This document shows positions 13,619-26,990 of a DNA stretch of 64,000 bases, piece by piece. This DNA is from Eledone cirrhosa (lineage: Eukaryota), in NCBI GenBank assembly GCA_964016885.1, contig OZ024742.1, forward strand, positions 14,322,001-14,386,000. Reading direction: 5' to 3'. Numbering within the stretch: the stretch's first letter is position 1; the number at the start of each line of letters is the position of its first letter. The position numbers and the translations under genes were made by a program. Below the pieces are notes generated by a model. It worked only from the letters and a program-made list of their open reading frames with translations, made no database searches and had not been told where the DNA came from.

Positions 13619-14075
13619 GTAAGTCTTCCACATTTTTCTCTCAGACTTGAAATACCAAATCTTAACCCTTTAGCATTTACATTACTCTATATTTACTATT
13701 GTATTTTCAAGGTAAACACTTTATCTCACATAATATTGAATCTACGAGATGTTGATATTATTTATTTCGAGAACAATACCTTATCATCAGTATGAGTGGC
13801 CACTTACAGCCGGTTTGAACAGAAAGAGATGAGAGAATTCTGGATAAGGCCGGTTTAAATGATAAAGCGTTAAACTGGTTTTAAGTATTAATTTTTAGAT
13901 ACTTTACTGCTTCATCATCATTGTTTTTACGTCCTTTTTTCCACGCAGTCATATGATGATTCTGTTGACTATTTTGGTGGGTCTGGAATTTTGTTTTTCT
14001 TTCTTTTCTCTGTAGAAAAGATAATTTATTAATTAATGTTTCTTTAATTCAATGTTTTGTTTTTTCTTTGATTAG

Positions 14076-14358
14076 ATTGTGCAGTGTGATTGACAATATG
14101 TGTTTGGATGGTGTAGAAAGTATACATATTCATAACAGCCCCGACTACATTGGAGAATGTAGAGCAATCCGGTGGACTGAAGTTTTCTTGATACAGAACG
14201 AGGAGTCCACTTCATCACGTCTAGAGCCAGTTGATGTTAGCCGCTTGGCTGAAATACTTGCTCAAGCATGTTGTATTGCCCTCACACCACACTTAGACCG
14301 ATTGAAAGAGTCTTCCATCTCTAAACTGGGTCTCCGAGTCAATATCGAGTCAGAAAGG
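14076..14358 (+). CDS. ZFYVE9: ZFYVE9/ZFYVE16 penultimate coding exon
   Basis: ttag acceptor; phase compatible with the previous exon (GG|A = Gly). Encodes LCSVIDNMCLDG...IRWTEVFLI...LAEILAQACCIALTPHL...KLGLRVNIESER. Donor gtttgt at 14359 (phase 0). Confidence 0.92.
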
Positions 14359-14564
14359 GTTTGTATAATTATACATACATAGATACATGATAATGATGTA
14401 TTTTTAAAAAGTATGTGTACATTCTTGTTACTATTTTAAGGCAATGCAAGCAACAACTATTTAATAAAATTTAAATTTAAAAATGACCATTGTGCATTAC
14501 TAGTATGATGACATTTTATTAAGTCACAAAATTAGTCAGTCAGCCATAGAACAAGGATCAGGTG

Positions 14565-14775
14565 GCAAAAACATTGGCAAAAATTTGTGTCAATTTAAGA
14601 TTTCCAACATTCTTCAAATGAATCATATCTGGTTTGAAGTCAGATTTGTCAAATTTTTACCAATTTTCAATGTTGTGAAGATTGGGCAAGTTCAATTTTT
14701 GAATCATTTCTTTCATGCAGTAATTAAACTTTTCCAAACGTCGTCATTTCTGGATTACCTCCCCTAGCGTCACGC
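14565..14775 (-). pseudogene. Decayed SGNH-esterase-like fragment (probable LINE ORF1 relic)
   Basis: Minus-strand translation with stops reads ...LEKFNYCMKEMIQKLNL...FDKSDFKPDMIHLKNVGNLKLTQIFA. This resembles the DxxH block V of SGNH hydrolases found in CR1/L2 ORF1. Confidence 0.35.
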
Positions 14776-15227
14776 TTACTACTCACTCACTTGAACACAA
14801 GATTTATCAGCAAACTTTGATTATAAACTTTTTCCCGCTGGACCAAATTTCTAGATTTTTAAGCCAAAATATGCGTAATGATCTACTGTTCATGCTCATA
14901 TAAGTTTTATCTCAGTTAAATAAAGTAGAGCCGCGCTGTACTGTCGTAAACAGACGATTGCCAACGAAAACACGACCACAACAATATTACTAAACGGACT
15001 ACCGTCCGTTTAGGATATACATACACATTCATAAGTATATTTAAGTTTGAAATATCTAGACAATTATCCTCCGCTGCTTCTGCTGGAATCCGCTAGATGG
15101 CGCTAGCTGTCAGCCTTCTAGTTGTAGCTGAGGCTTTCAAAATGTTTATTTATCAAACATACCATATATCTTTAGATATACGAAATTCACATACATGTAT
15201 GTATACAGCTATGTCGGAGCTAAATTC

Positions 15228-15266
<39 letters not shown>

Positions 15267-15364
15267 TACCCATATGTTTATTGTGTATTAATGTATGTTC
15301 ATATTTTCATATACACTAGTCATTTAGTTTACATATTGAGACAGCAACCCATCCTATTTATTTT

Positions 15365-15560
15365 ATAATTGTTTCTACTTTTGGCACAAGGCCAGCAATT
15401 ACCCAGTTCATTACTGGTACTTTATTTTATCGACCCTGTAAGGATGAAAGGCAAAGTTAACCTCGGCGGGATTTGAACTCAAAATGGAAAGGGCCGTAAC
15501 TCTATGCGTCAAAGCATGACGTCCGACCCTTTACCAATACTGCCAATCCACCGCCCTTAT
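15365..15560 (-). mobile_element. tRNA-derived SINE
   Basis: Reverse complement has ggcggtggattggcag...gagttcaaatcccgccgaggttaactttgcctttcatcc...ctggccttgtgccaaaagtagaaacaatt. Confidence 0.8.
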
Positions 15561-15869
15561 TTTATAATGTATAGGATTTCTAGTCATGTATAATGTTTTT
15601 TTTAATGTATAAAAATTGTCGCAGGAATACTACCACTTAAAATAATAGATAGATTAGCAAACACAACAGAAACACAAACCCTCCATTTCAATTTTGCTTT
15701 TGATAATCACAAGAACTGTGAAACTGGTAAAGTAAATATTCTTAAAGGATTCCAGTTGCATTTTCAGTTTCTTTTTATATATTTATCGATCGAGTTTCGT
15801 CAAATCAGACCGAGGAAACAATGTTTCTATTGGCCTTTCCGATTGCTAATACTATCTATCGGTCGCAAC

Positions 15870-15997
15870 TCCAGGTAGAAGGAGCAACGTGAAATAAAGT
15901 GTCTTGCTCAAGGACATAACGCATCGCCCGGTCCAGGAACCAAACTCACAACCTCACGATTGAGAATCCAATTCTCTAACCAATCAGCCACACGCCT

Positions 15998-16000
<3 letters not shown>
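15870..16000 (-). mobile_element. tRNA-SINE 5' part (same family as 37332 and 48547)
   Basis: Reverse complement reads gaaggcgtgtggctgattggttagag...ccgggcgatgcgttatgtccttgagcaagacactttatttcacgttgctcc. Confidence 0.75.
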
Positions 16001-16048
<48 letters not shown>

Positions 16049-16050
<2 letters not shown>

Positions 16051-16230
16051 TTAGGTAGTAAGTAACATGTGCTTACGCTTTATTTGACTAAAAATAGAAT
16101 GGTAACACATTGGTCCGGCAAACCAAAGATGTGGGTTCATGTCCCATTCAGAGTGTTTTTTTAAAAAGCCCAACTAACAGACTAATTCTATTTACCCAAA
16201 TACGGCAGAAGCACATGTTACTACCTAATT
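16049..16230. mobile_element. MITE-like fold-back enclosing a tRNA-like core
   Basis: Inverted arms aattaggtagtaa..catgtgctt / aagcacatgttactacctaatt. Core has tagaatggta, stem-loop ttggt-ccggcaa-accaa and T-arm-like gtggg-ttcatgt-cccat. Confidence 0.55.
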
Positions 16231-16916
16231 TTCAAATTTGCTAGCCATTTGTAAACAAAGCCTGCTTTGTGTCCCCCAATATATATATATATGTGTGTGT
16301 GTATGGATAGGGTGGCTGCCCTTCCTATCACCAACCACTTTACTGTGTGGACTGGGTGCATTATTGGGCCACCAACACTAGAGAGGTTGTCTTACTGGGC
16401 TCCAGGGACCTCGCCACCCTATATCAGTTTTTCAGTGTCTACTGTCCTAGATGAGTTGCCTTCACTATGGCTTATGGAATCCACGTCTCCCCTGTTCAGT
16501 CATTTTTAATTGGAGTTGCAAGCTGCTCAGTGTTACTGGAAACTTTAACATCAATGGTGATGTGGATAGGCTATATTTCTCATGCAAGGGGTGTAGCTAG
16601 AGCTTAAAATCCTTATTAAAACAAGACCCAGATAGTGGCACTGAAACAACATCTTCAACAGAAGAAATAGGTCAGTAGCCATCTGGTTCAGTTTTATGAG
16701 CATGAAAATAATATTGTTGGGATAGCCACTGATCTAGAAGAGAGACATGAAATAAAACCTGATACAAATCTCTCTCCCAGGAACATTGGTAGACTCTACT
16801 TAATACTCTAACAAAATTTAGAAAAATGGACACATCGTACATGCACACATGCATGCATACTCTATAGTAAGTTGATTAAATTTTGTTATTAACATAATTT
16901 CTGTTTGCACTTTCAG

Positions 16917-17069
16917 GTTGGTTATGAAATTGGATCGAATGGTAGAAAACTGGCTGATTTCTACATGAATGACCTTGATAGTGAATTAATTCCTGTGATC
17001 CATAACGCTACATCACACAGTCAAGATGGCCCAATTAGCCTTGAACTGATTTTCCACATCTTGGACTAA
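16917..17069 (+). CDS. ZFYVE9: ZFYVE9/ZFYVE16 terminal coding exon
   Basis: tttcag acceptor ending at 16916. Encodes VGYEIGSNGRKLADFYMNDLDSELIPVIHNATSHSQDGPISLELIFHILD*, matching the SARA C-terminus. TAA at 17067-17069. Confidence 0.93.
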   Translation, partial: VGYEIGSNGRKLADFYMNDLDSELIPVIHNATSHSQDGPISLELIFHILD

Positions 17070-17829
17070 CCTGCCACATAAACTGTCGTTGTTTCTCATC
17101 CATCCATAATTTTCAGATCTTTGCCTAAACTCAGCTATTCACTTCTAGGTGCCATTAAAGTGATATGTTTAATTCCTGGTGCCATTAAACTCAGCTATTC
17201 AATTCCTGATGCCATTAAAGTGAGCTATTCACTTGTAGGAGCCATTAAAAACAACTTCCACCTTATGCCTCTAATATCTCAACAGTGACTACACCAATTG
17301 TTGGGTTTTCAGGTGTGGATCATGTCTCCTGTTCAAACATTACCACCTTAGCTTGCAAAACAGTTCTTTTGGATATCTCTGCTCCCTTCTATCTCTCTCT
17401 CTCCCTAATTAAAGTTCAAGTAAAGCAGTCATATTTCTCTTAATTAAGACTAACTTTCATTAACTTCACTATTATTTCCACAAACCAGCTCTCTACCTGT
17501 TTAAATTAACCTGATTATTATAAATCATTAGGACTGGGTGATGTGTGTATGTCTGTGACAGATGTGGTGGGGGTGTCTGTGTACCTTGTCTTATATGTCT
17601 ATGGCAGACATTACCAACCTCTCTGCCCACCAAGATGACAATATGGCTCATAAAATATATCTTAACGTTTTATCACTCTGAAGTAATAACCAAGGAGACA
17701 TTTTTATTTATCCCCACCACCACCACCACCATATCCATCACGATTATTATTATTGTGTAGATGGTTATGTGTGTAAGTACACCCATACATGACAAATGCA
17801 CTCAGATTAATTCAAAATATTAAAATAAT

Positions 17830-17931
17830 AATAATTGTTTCTACCTTTGGCACAAGGCCAGCAATTACTCAGTACATTACTGGTACTTTATTTTAATTGC
17901 TGGCCTTGTGCCAAAAGTAGAAACAATTATT
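17830..17931. repeat. Hairpin made of two inverted SINE 3' ends
   Basis: aataattgtttctacctttggcacaaggccagcaatta (17830-17867) versus taattgctggccttgtgccaaaagtagaaacaattatt (17894-17931). Confidence 0.85.
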
Positions 17932-18339
17932 AAAATAATAATAATAATCAATATTTTTATTATTAACTTTTTGCCTTTGCTCGTAACTTTCTTTAGTAAA
18001 AAAGATAAAGAAATGAAAAGATGAAACATATTTTGGAGGTGTGGGTGCTGATTACCTCAGATTGGCAAATCAGCAGTAATTACACCTGTCACAATATATT
18101 AAGCCTTATATCCTAGAATAAAACACCTATGTCTCAGTCACTAGTTATGTTTCATCCCTTGAAGCTGTGGCCCCACATGATAGGTAAGGGCATAGATCTT
18201 GTCTGGAGTCAGGGACAGATTGTAATCAATTTTACCTGAAGATAACAATAGTTGAATTGTAATCTATCTTTAGTACAATAGACACAGCTCTGCTGTGTCT
18301 TTCTCACCCTCCTCCAAACCACCACAGCCTCTCTCTCTC

Positions 18340-19808
18340 TCTCCCTCCTCCTGACCACCACATACAGCCACTCTCTCTCTCTCCATAACTGACCACCACA
18401 TACAGCCACTCTCTCCATAACTGACCACCACATACAGCCACTCTCTCTCTCCATAACTGACCACCACATACAGCCACTCTCTCTCTCTCCATAACTGACC
18501 ACCACATACAGCCACTCTCTCTCTCTCTCCATAACTGACCACCACATACACCCACTCTCTCTCTCCATAACTGACTAACACATACAGCCACTCTCTCTCT
18601 CTCCATAACTGACCACCACATACACCCACTCTCTCTCTCTCCATAACTGACCACCACATACAGCCACTCTCTCTCTCCTCATGACCACCACATACACCCA
18701 CTCTCTCTCTCTCTCCATAACTGACCACCACATACAGCCACTCTCTCCATAACTGACCACCACATACAGCCACTCTCTCCATAACTGACCACCACATACA
18801 GCCACTCTCTCTCTCTCCATAACTGACCACCACATACAGCCACTCTCTCCATAACTGACCACCACATACAGCCACTCTCTCTCTCTCTCCATAACTGACC
18901 ACCACATACACCCACTCTCTCTCTCTCCATAACTGACCACCACATACAGCCATACTCTCTCTCCATAACTGACCACCACATACAGCCACTCTCTCTCTCT
19001 CCATAACTGACCACCACATACAGCCACTCTCTCTCTCTCCATAACTGACCACCACATACAGCCACTCTCTCTCTCTCCATAACTGACTACCACATACAGC
19101 CACTCTCTCTCTCTCCATAACTGACTACCACATACAGCCACTCTCTCTCTCTCCATAACTGACCACCACATACACCCACTCTCTCTCTCTCCATAACTGA
19201 CCACCACATACAGCCACTCTCTCTCTCTCCATAACTGACCACCACATACACCCACTCTCTCTCTCTCCATAACTGACCACCATATACAGCCACTCTCTCT
19301 CTCCTCATGACCACCACATACACCCACTCTCTCTCTCCTCATGACCACCACATACACCCACTCTCTCTCTCCTCATGACCACCACATACAGCCATACTCT
19401 CTCTCCTCATGACCACCACATACAGCCATACTCTCTCTCCTCATGACCACCACATACACCCACTCTCTCTCTCCTCATGACCACCACATACAGCCACTCT
19501 CTCTCCTCATGACCACCACATACAGCCACTCTCTCTCTCCTCATGACCACCACATACAGCCACTCTCTCTCTCCTCATGACCACCACATACAGCCACACT
19601 CTCTCTCCTCATGACCACCACATACAGCCACACTCTCTCTCCTCATGACCACCACATACAGCCACACTCTCTCTCCTCATGACCACCACATACAGCCACA
19701 CTCTCTCTCCTCATGACCACCACATACAGCCACACTCTCTCTCCTCATGACCACCACATACAGCCATACTCTCTCTCCTCATGACCACCATATACAGCCA
19801 CTCTCTCA
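18340..19808. repeat. Minisatellite with embedded variable (CT)n
   Basis: Unit cc(ataac/tca)tgaccaccacatacagcca(ct)n. The unit type switches from ataac to tca around 19300. Confidence 0.95.
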
Positions 19809-20079
19809 TGGCTCCATAAATGGCACATTATTAAATGTTTACAAATCACCAACAAAGTCTTCCTAAGGAAGGCTTTTATTTTCTTAACTCTTTCAAGAAC
19901 GCGTCAGTATTGGTATTATAACTCCTACATGTTTGTATTATAACTCCATGTTGGTAATATAACTCCTACATGTCACGTTGTGCAGAAATTACAAATGAGT
20001 TCATTTATTTAGAAATGGGAAGCTTTATACGACGCTTCTTCATAATTGTTATGATATATATATATATATGTATATGAAA

Positions 20080-20208
20080 AGATTCAGGACCCCAACGGCT
20101 GAGCTCCAGCCATTTTGACAGCTAGATCCAAACGAACTCTACTACCCCAAGTATTGAGTACTCTGGTGCGTTATGGTCCACCTGGTATCTTACCACACCC
20201 TCTTTGTT
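20080..20208. mobile_element. Short PLE-like insertion in (TA)n, same family as 57203-57388
   Basis: Shares ggacccc(a/g)acggctgagctc(c/a)agcc and actctactaccc..agtattgagtact(c/t)tggtgcgttatggtccacctggt with the 57.2-kb element. Confidence 0.75.
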
Positions 20209-21396
20209 ATATATATGTGTAGTGTGTGTGTATATATATATATGGGAGTATATGTATATGTATCAGAAGTAGTTACATTTTAAAAATGTTAGTTAAGTGG
20301 ACATAAGTTAGACTTTCTTTGGGTTTTTTCTGTCACCCTCCCCCTAGTCACCCCAGTTTTTCTGGCAACAATACACCTGACGATCTTTCTGTTAAGCTAT
20401 CAATATTTTAGTATCATCAATATTTCCAGAGGTTTCTGTATCCAACAGAAATAGTTAACTCCAGGAGAAGGTGGTGACTGTTGTCACCCCAACAACAACA
20501 ACAATAGTTTCTTATGCATGTACAAGGAAGGTTGTAGGCAGATGTGTCTAACTCTAGGGCTATCTCCATAGCAACGTTACTATCTCAATAGTAATGCTTC
20601 TATGTTTCTGTTTCCATAGCAACATTGCTGTGGAGGGAGACACATAAATATATATATTTCCCCTGTTAACAGTCAACTTCAAATCTCATTTTAATACAAG
20701 TTCACCAGCAACTATTGGCACAACTCATCTTTTAATCCAGACAATTCTAAATGGATCTTTCGACTGTCTGGAGGGCCACATGTTATTTACAATCACCAGA
20801 CTATCTCAATATGAGAGACTTGCTGGTAATGGAGGAGTTCCCTGTCGGTTATCTTTACATTTATCTCTAGTTATAACTCCTAAACAGCTGAGTATCTGTA
20901 GTGGTGAAACTTGTAAATACAAGTCCATATCAACAGAGATAAAGTTGGAAGTGAATCATCACCAAATCATGAAATGTGACTGAAAATGGGTTCATCTTTG
21001 TTTCTTACTCTATAAATAATAATATTGTTTTGTTATAAATTTTAGATTGAAATATTTCGAAACCCCCTGAAGCATAACCACCTATTTCGGGTTCTAGTTA
21101 AATTTAAATCTTCCAACATAAATTTATTAAAAAAACTTAAGTTAGATTACAAACACCATTTTAATAATTAAATAATCAATAAGTTTGGTAAATCCCTCTG
21201 AATTCTTCATCAATAAGATAAATCAAATACAATTTATTTCATTAAAAATATGGTCATAAAAGGGTTAATCCTAATTTTTGTATTTTCAAGTATGTAGTCC
21301 CCAGAACTCCATGTATAATGGGGTCCATGGTGCATTCTGAGTGGGTTGAAATATTGGTTGGAGTTTGGGGTAAACTTTACTTAACATCCTTCCAGG

Positions 21397-21767
21397 TACC
21401 ACAAACAGTGATATACTGCGGTTCACTTCCAGGTATGATAAATACCACAAACAGTGATATACTGGGGTTTACTTCCAGGTATGATAAATACCACAAACAG
21501 TGATATACTGGGGTTCACTTCCAGGTATGATAAATACCACAAACAGTGATATACTGCGGTTCACTTCCAGGTATGATAAATACCACAAACAGTGATATAC
21601 TGGGGTTCACTTCCAGGTACGACAAATACCACAAACAGTGATATACTGGGGTTTACTTCCAGGTACGACAAATACCACAAACAGTGATATACTGGGGTTT
21701 ACTTCCAGGTACGACAAATACCACAAACAGTGATATACTGGGGTTCACTTCCAGGTACGACAAATAC
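21397..21767. repeat. 46-bp tandem repeat (~8 copies)
   Basis: Unit aaataccacaaacagtgatatactggggttcacttccaggta(t/c)ga(t/c). Confidence 0.93.
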
Positions 21768-21769
21768 TT

Positions 21770-22157
21770 TAGCATTAGACATCATGCTTTACAGTGTGTT
21801 GTTAGGACCCTTTACATTTTGAGTTCAAATACCACCGAGGTTAGCTTTGCCTTTTATCCTTATAAGGTCGATAAAATAAAGTACCAGTAATGCACTGGAG
21901 TCGATTTAATTGACTTTCCCCTCTCCTTCAAATTGCTGGCCTTGTGCTTAAAGTAGAAACAATTATTATTATTAACAAAAGGGTTGATGGATTGGCAGAG
22001 TTGCTGATATGTTGAAAAAAATATCTTTCAGTATTTATTCCAGTCCTTTACATTCTGAGTTTAAATCCCGCTGAGGGTCAACTTTGCCTTTAATCCTAGG
22101 ATTGATTTAATCGACTTTCCTGTCCCTTAAATTGCTGGCCTTGTGCCAAAATTAGAA
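21770..22157 (+). mobile_element. Two adjacent tRNA-derived SINE copies
   Basis: Two runs of gagtt(c/t)aaat...gaggt...ctttgcc...ttgctggccttgtgc..aaa(g/t)tagaa, at ~21770-21970 and ~21985-22157. Confidence 0.75.
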
Positions 22158-24329
22158 GTTGTTGTTGTGTATGGCAGACAACAGTGACATGAGTTAATTA
22201 CTGTTTGAGTCATCAGCTCCAGCTATCTCACTAATGTTAGAACTCCTGGGAGTAAACAACAAATCTAACACCCCCACCCACCCACCTCTGTCTCACCTGA
22301 AAATCTGCCTCACAACAATATAAGAAATAATGGTGAATGATTATTGAGCAGAAGTATACTATAATGAAAGTATTTTAAAAAAGGATTAGAATAATAAATA
22401 AAAAGAGAGAAAAAAATTAAATAATGAAATAAAAAATGGAAAGAAGGAAGAGGTGAAACTGTTTACCCTTAGCTGGGTTGTATATCTCTGCAGTGCCATT
22501 CAAATAGGATGGTTAATACATTGCTAGAGAGAAGAGCCAGTGACTCCCACTACATCAGACATGCCATCTCATGATGTTCCTGAAATGGGATGCACTCCTC
22601 CTAATTTTTGCAGAGAGGAAAATGGCCGGGGACCATGAACTGCAGGTCTGAATAGTGACAGTCACAGAATGGAAAGTAGTCTGTCAAATCCTGGTAATGT
22701 TATCCATCATCATCATCATCGACAACATTATGATTGTTTATGTCTATACTGACCTATTGACCTATATTTCTAGACCAGCCCCTCCCTTCCCCCCTTTTAT
22801 CCTATTTCTGTTGTCCACACCATTTATATTAATACTCATCATAAATCTCATGGAACCATATTTAATCTTGGTCCTTTGTTATGTGAAATGTTAGAATTAG
22901 TTTGTATATAAATAGGAGATCATTTATTTAAAAACAAACCAAAAAGAAAGAACAAATTCAACAGTTTTGATATCCAACTAAAGACTTTTTTTTTCCTGTA
23001 AAAATTCTGTAGAATAAAAGAAATGAAACATTCACTGCAGACTCGTAGCAGATCAGCTGCAATTCTAATGCCACTTGTTCAGTACTGCACTTTGTCTCAG
23101 TTGATAGTTACTGTAGACAGATTGGTTAGCAAATGCTGCCATTCATATTTTCTTCAAATTTTCTCACACAGACCTCTTCCCAAGCCCAAATAGTGTCTTT
23201 GAACAAAAATAAAAACAAAGATTTTTATATCTGCAGCAAGCTATGTGTGCATGATGAGTGTGTTTTTTTTTGTTTTTTTTTCTATTTTATATTATTTATA
23301 ATGAATATTAGTTTAGAAATGATGCCCAGGTTAGGAGTGAGATGTGTGAGGTGGATATAGCCTTCTTTATTAATTGCTAAATTCCTAAATTTCCACCATT
23401 ATAGCTGCATTTATTGGTTCTCATCACTGGGACTACATCAGACTTAGTACTTCATCATACTTCAATTAATACCAACTAGCTACCATAAACCTCCCCACCA
23501 TCAGCATCAATTTTATCTGTTATATCATTGTTCCTTTGTCCAAGTCTCTCTCTCTCTCTCTTTTCTACTCCCTCTTTCTCTTCCTTTCACACTAATTAGA
23601 TGAATGGTAATTCCAAAAGGCACTCCTGTACATAACATTTTTGACCTTTTTCTATGGATTTTTATTTGGTAGTTATATATGAAGTTTTGGTAGCACTTCT
23701 CTTGCTGGTAACTGCCCCTCAGTAACGGCTCATTAAACATCTACCATCCACAATGTGCAAAATATCCAACAACTTAACTTACAATCAGTTTTATCTAATA
23801 AAACATCTACAAAAAATTCACAATCGTTTTCCAAGTCTTTCTATTTATTTGTTTTATATTTTCTTCCAGTCCAGTTAAGATATCTCCTTCCTATGGAGCT
23901 CTAACCTAGGAGTTCCCAACATTTTTTGTGTGTGTCATTGCCCACTTTCACATGGAATAACTTTCCACCACCCAACCTTTATAGTAAATATTCACAAGCA
24001 TACCAAAAATGTTTGGTAAAGGTTTGTTATTGGTTCATTATTCCCATTTAGCCTCCTGTTTTTTTTTTTTATAACAGTTGTTAGTATATCTCCATGGAAT
24101 ATTTTTTTTCTCCAAGTAGCATATGTTGAAATATTTATTAATACTCAAAATCCTATATCATCCACAAAATATTTCCAATCGCCCACAATTTACTGTTTAG
24201 TCACCCATCACCCACTCAACAATTGATATCGTCCACCAGAGGGCAATGTCTCCCAGGTTTGGAAACCCTGCTCTAACCTCTGAAACAACCCTGAGTACCT
24301 TTTTGATTTCCATGTGTAACACACGTGGA

Positions 24330-24640
24330 CATGCCAACAAAGTAAAAAAACAGCACAACTCCCATGACTTTCAGAAACATTTTTTCACACTCAGAGTTGC
24401 TGAAGCATGAAACAAACTACCTGCATCAGTTGTTAGCTGTCGAGACACTGCATCCTTTAAAACTTCCATGCTTCCTAAAATTCGCCAACACTATACCTGA
24501 TATTCCCCCTCCATACACACATGTATATCATGACTCATACACTATTCACTTCCTTGACATTTGTATATTATTCTATGTACTATACATGCACCTTTGATGA
24601 GTTGTAGTGCACCTGAGCACTGTACACAATAATTTCATTA
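24330..24640 (+). mobile_element. CR1-type LINE 3' end
   Basis: Encodes HDFQKHFFTLRVAEA*NKLP, a CR1 ORF2 C-terminal motif, followed by a 3' UTR. An inverted copy of the UTR lies at 38030-38237. Confidence 0.7.
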
Positions 24641-24821
24641 ACACCCAAGAAACATCTTTAGTATCCTACTACATTTTTCCAGCCTACATAATAAATTCTT
24701 CCTATTTTATACAAGTCTAGTTAAGAGTTATTCCCCATTATATACATGGCACCCCCTCTTCAATTTATTTTCCCTTCTAAAAATCTCTATTAAATCTCAA
24801 AACCTGACATTTATTTATATA

Positions 24822-25343
24822 CTAGCCGAATTACCCATGCCTTGCTGTGTTTCACACATAAAAAAGTAGAGGCATTAAGTAATAATTGTGTTGTCATAAT
24901 TCTACTGATGTTTTGCCATAGATAAAATGTCTAAATTAGCCAAATTTTACTATAAAGGAGAGGTGCTTTTTTTGTTGATTTACGTTTAATTAATAGAAAA
25001 AACCCTGATAATAGAGGTTCCAATACTCAAGTTATGGGCTTCCAAAATGTTCACTATAGGGGGTTTAACCCCCATTAGGTGTCTTAATATTTTTGAAATT
25101 TTGTGAATATCTTGTCATTTACCTGGTTTAAATTTCATATAAATCAAAGGGAAAAAGTTTTCAGCGGGGGTTTGTGGCCCCGGGGAACCCTTTGATTAAA
25201 ATAAAATATACTTATCCAAGTACCCTGGGCAATGTAGTTTCAGAATATATGTGGTTATGGGGGTCTATCTCCAAAACCATAGGAGGAGTTCGTGAACAAT
25301 CAAACAAACAAACAGACAGGAACTACAACTTTATATATATAGA
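24822..25343 (-). mobile_element. Non-autonomous Helitron
   Basis: Minus strand starts TCtatatatataaag and ends with a degenerate hairpin (cacagcaaggcatggg) plus CTAG. Inserted at an A|T site. Confidence 0.65.
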
Positions 25344-26219
25344 TATATAATTTCTTTTTTATATATATATAATTTCCTTCGAATGAAACATTTCTAGTCC
25401 TGTAGAAGCCATTTCTATATGAAATATATATAAAATCTTTTACGTGTTCTAACCGACAGGCTGGAACACTGGAAACTTAGATATACAAGCACCTGATGGT
25501 CATGGCTGGAATGCTTTTGATTATAGGTTTGTTCAATCAGTGGTATGCTGAGTGCACTAACATAATTTTATAAAAGTTTCATGTAGGGGAAATAACTCTC
25601 TTGTAAACTCTTTTACAAGGGAAGTAACGTTTTGCAACTGTTTACCAGTCATTCAAACTATTATCTTTTTCTCAACACACACTCACAAGTGGGTTATTGG
25701 ACTTCCATCAGTTCCGGCAAGTGTTCCAATTGTTCGAACATTGGAATAGCCTCCTCATGAAATTAACATTCACGTGGCTGAGTATTCCGCACATAAGGGT
25801 ATTCAATTTCCAGTATCCTCCATAAAATGGAGCATACTGAAAAAATTCATGCCTTACATTAACGGATTGTAAACTTGCTATTGATGTACCACAGAGAAGT
25901 GGCATAAACTTACACAATGCTTTCTAAAAAGCACACTTGATGGATTTGTTCAATTGTTGCATACAGGAAACTAAATTTTTCTGAAGGGATGGTCTAACTG
26001 AACAAAAATTTGTTTTAACTCTATACTACATGCCTTCTTTATGCACATTAGCTAGTCCTCTATATCTAGTGTGAATGAATTGGCATTAAAGCCAACAAAA
26101 CTCGAGAATTTGCCAATTGTCATCGTTGTAGAAGTGATTGTGTGCACTAAACCCTTGGATATTTCCAAGATATCTTTATATATATATATATATATATATG
26201 GAGAGAAAGAGATAGATAT

Positions 26220-26770
26220 CATCACTGTTTTACATCAATTCTTCCACCCTAGCATGGGTTAGACGGGTTGTCCTGCTGTGGGCAATGCCAGGTCAGGTAA
26301 CCATGACTTGCTCATACAGAACTGATTTTTGCTGGATGCCCTTCCTAACACCAACCTCATTTACAGTGTGGACTGGGTGCTTTTTTGTCATGACACCTAC
26401 ACGAACACTTAATAATGGGGGCATACTGTCTCTATGCTTCAGCTTCAGCTTGTACCCGTGGGAAGTCGGGTCTTCTTTCTTACTGCATAAAGCCAGAGGT
26501 CACAGTCCTATGTCATCACCTTTGAGAGGTGCAATTGAGCAAGGTCAGCTTTTATCACCTCATCCCAAGTCTTCTTGGGTCTCCCCACTCCAAGTCTTCC
26601 ATCAACTTTTAGTGTTCTGCACCTTTTTATGCAGTTGTCATCTTTCATACGCATCACATGTCCATACCAATGTAATCTCCTCTCCTGCACACAGCATTTG
26701 AATCCTGTTATACTTTGTCTCTCTCTCAATTCGTTTATGCTTCACCATTCGCATATATTACTATTACACA
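26220..26770 (-). mobile_element. RTE LINE 3' fragment
   Basis: Encodes ...QERRLHWYGHVMRM...GRPKKTW plus the shared RTE 3' UTR. Confidence 0.9.
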
Positions 26771-26773
26771 TAC

Positions 26774-26821
<48 letters not shown>

Positions 26822-26946
26822 CATTTCACGTCCGCTTTTTCCCTGCTTGCAAGGGTGGGACGGGAACTGATTCTGGCTTGATTTCTACAGCTGGATGCCC
26901 TTCCTAACACCAACCTCATTTACAGTGAGTGCTGGGTGCTTTTTTT

Positions 26947-26990
<44 letters not shown>

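Noticed and set aside
18209-19357. Overlapping long ORFs
   Set aside because: Translations of a minisatellite.
25680-26180. Possible decayed transposase or coding fragment
   Set aside because: Composition looks coding-like, but I could not recognise any motif; needs TBLASTX.
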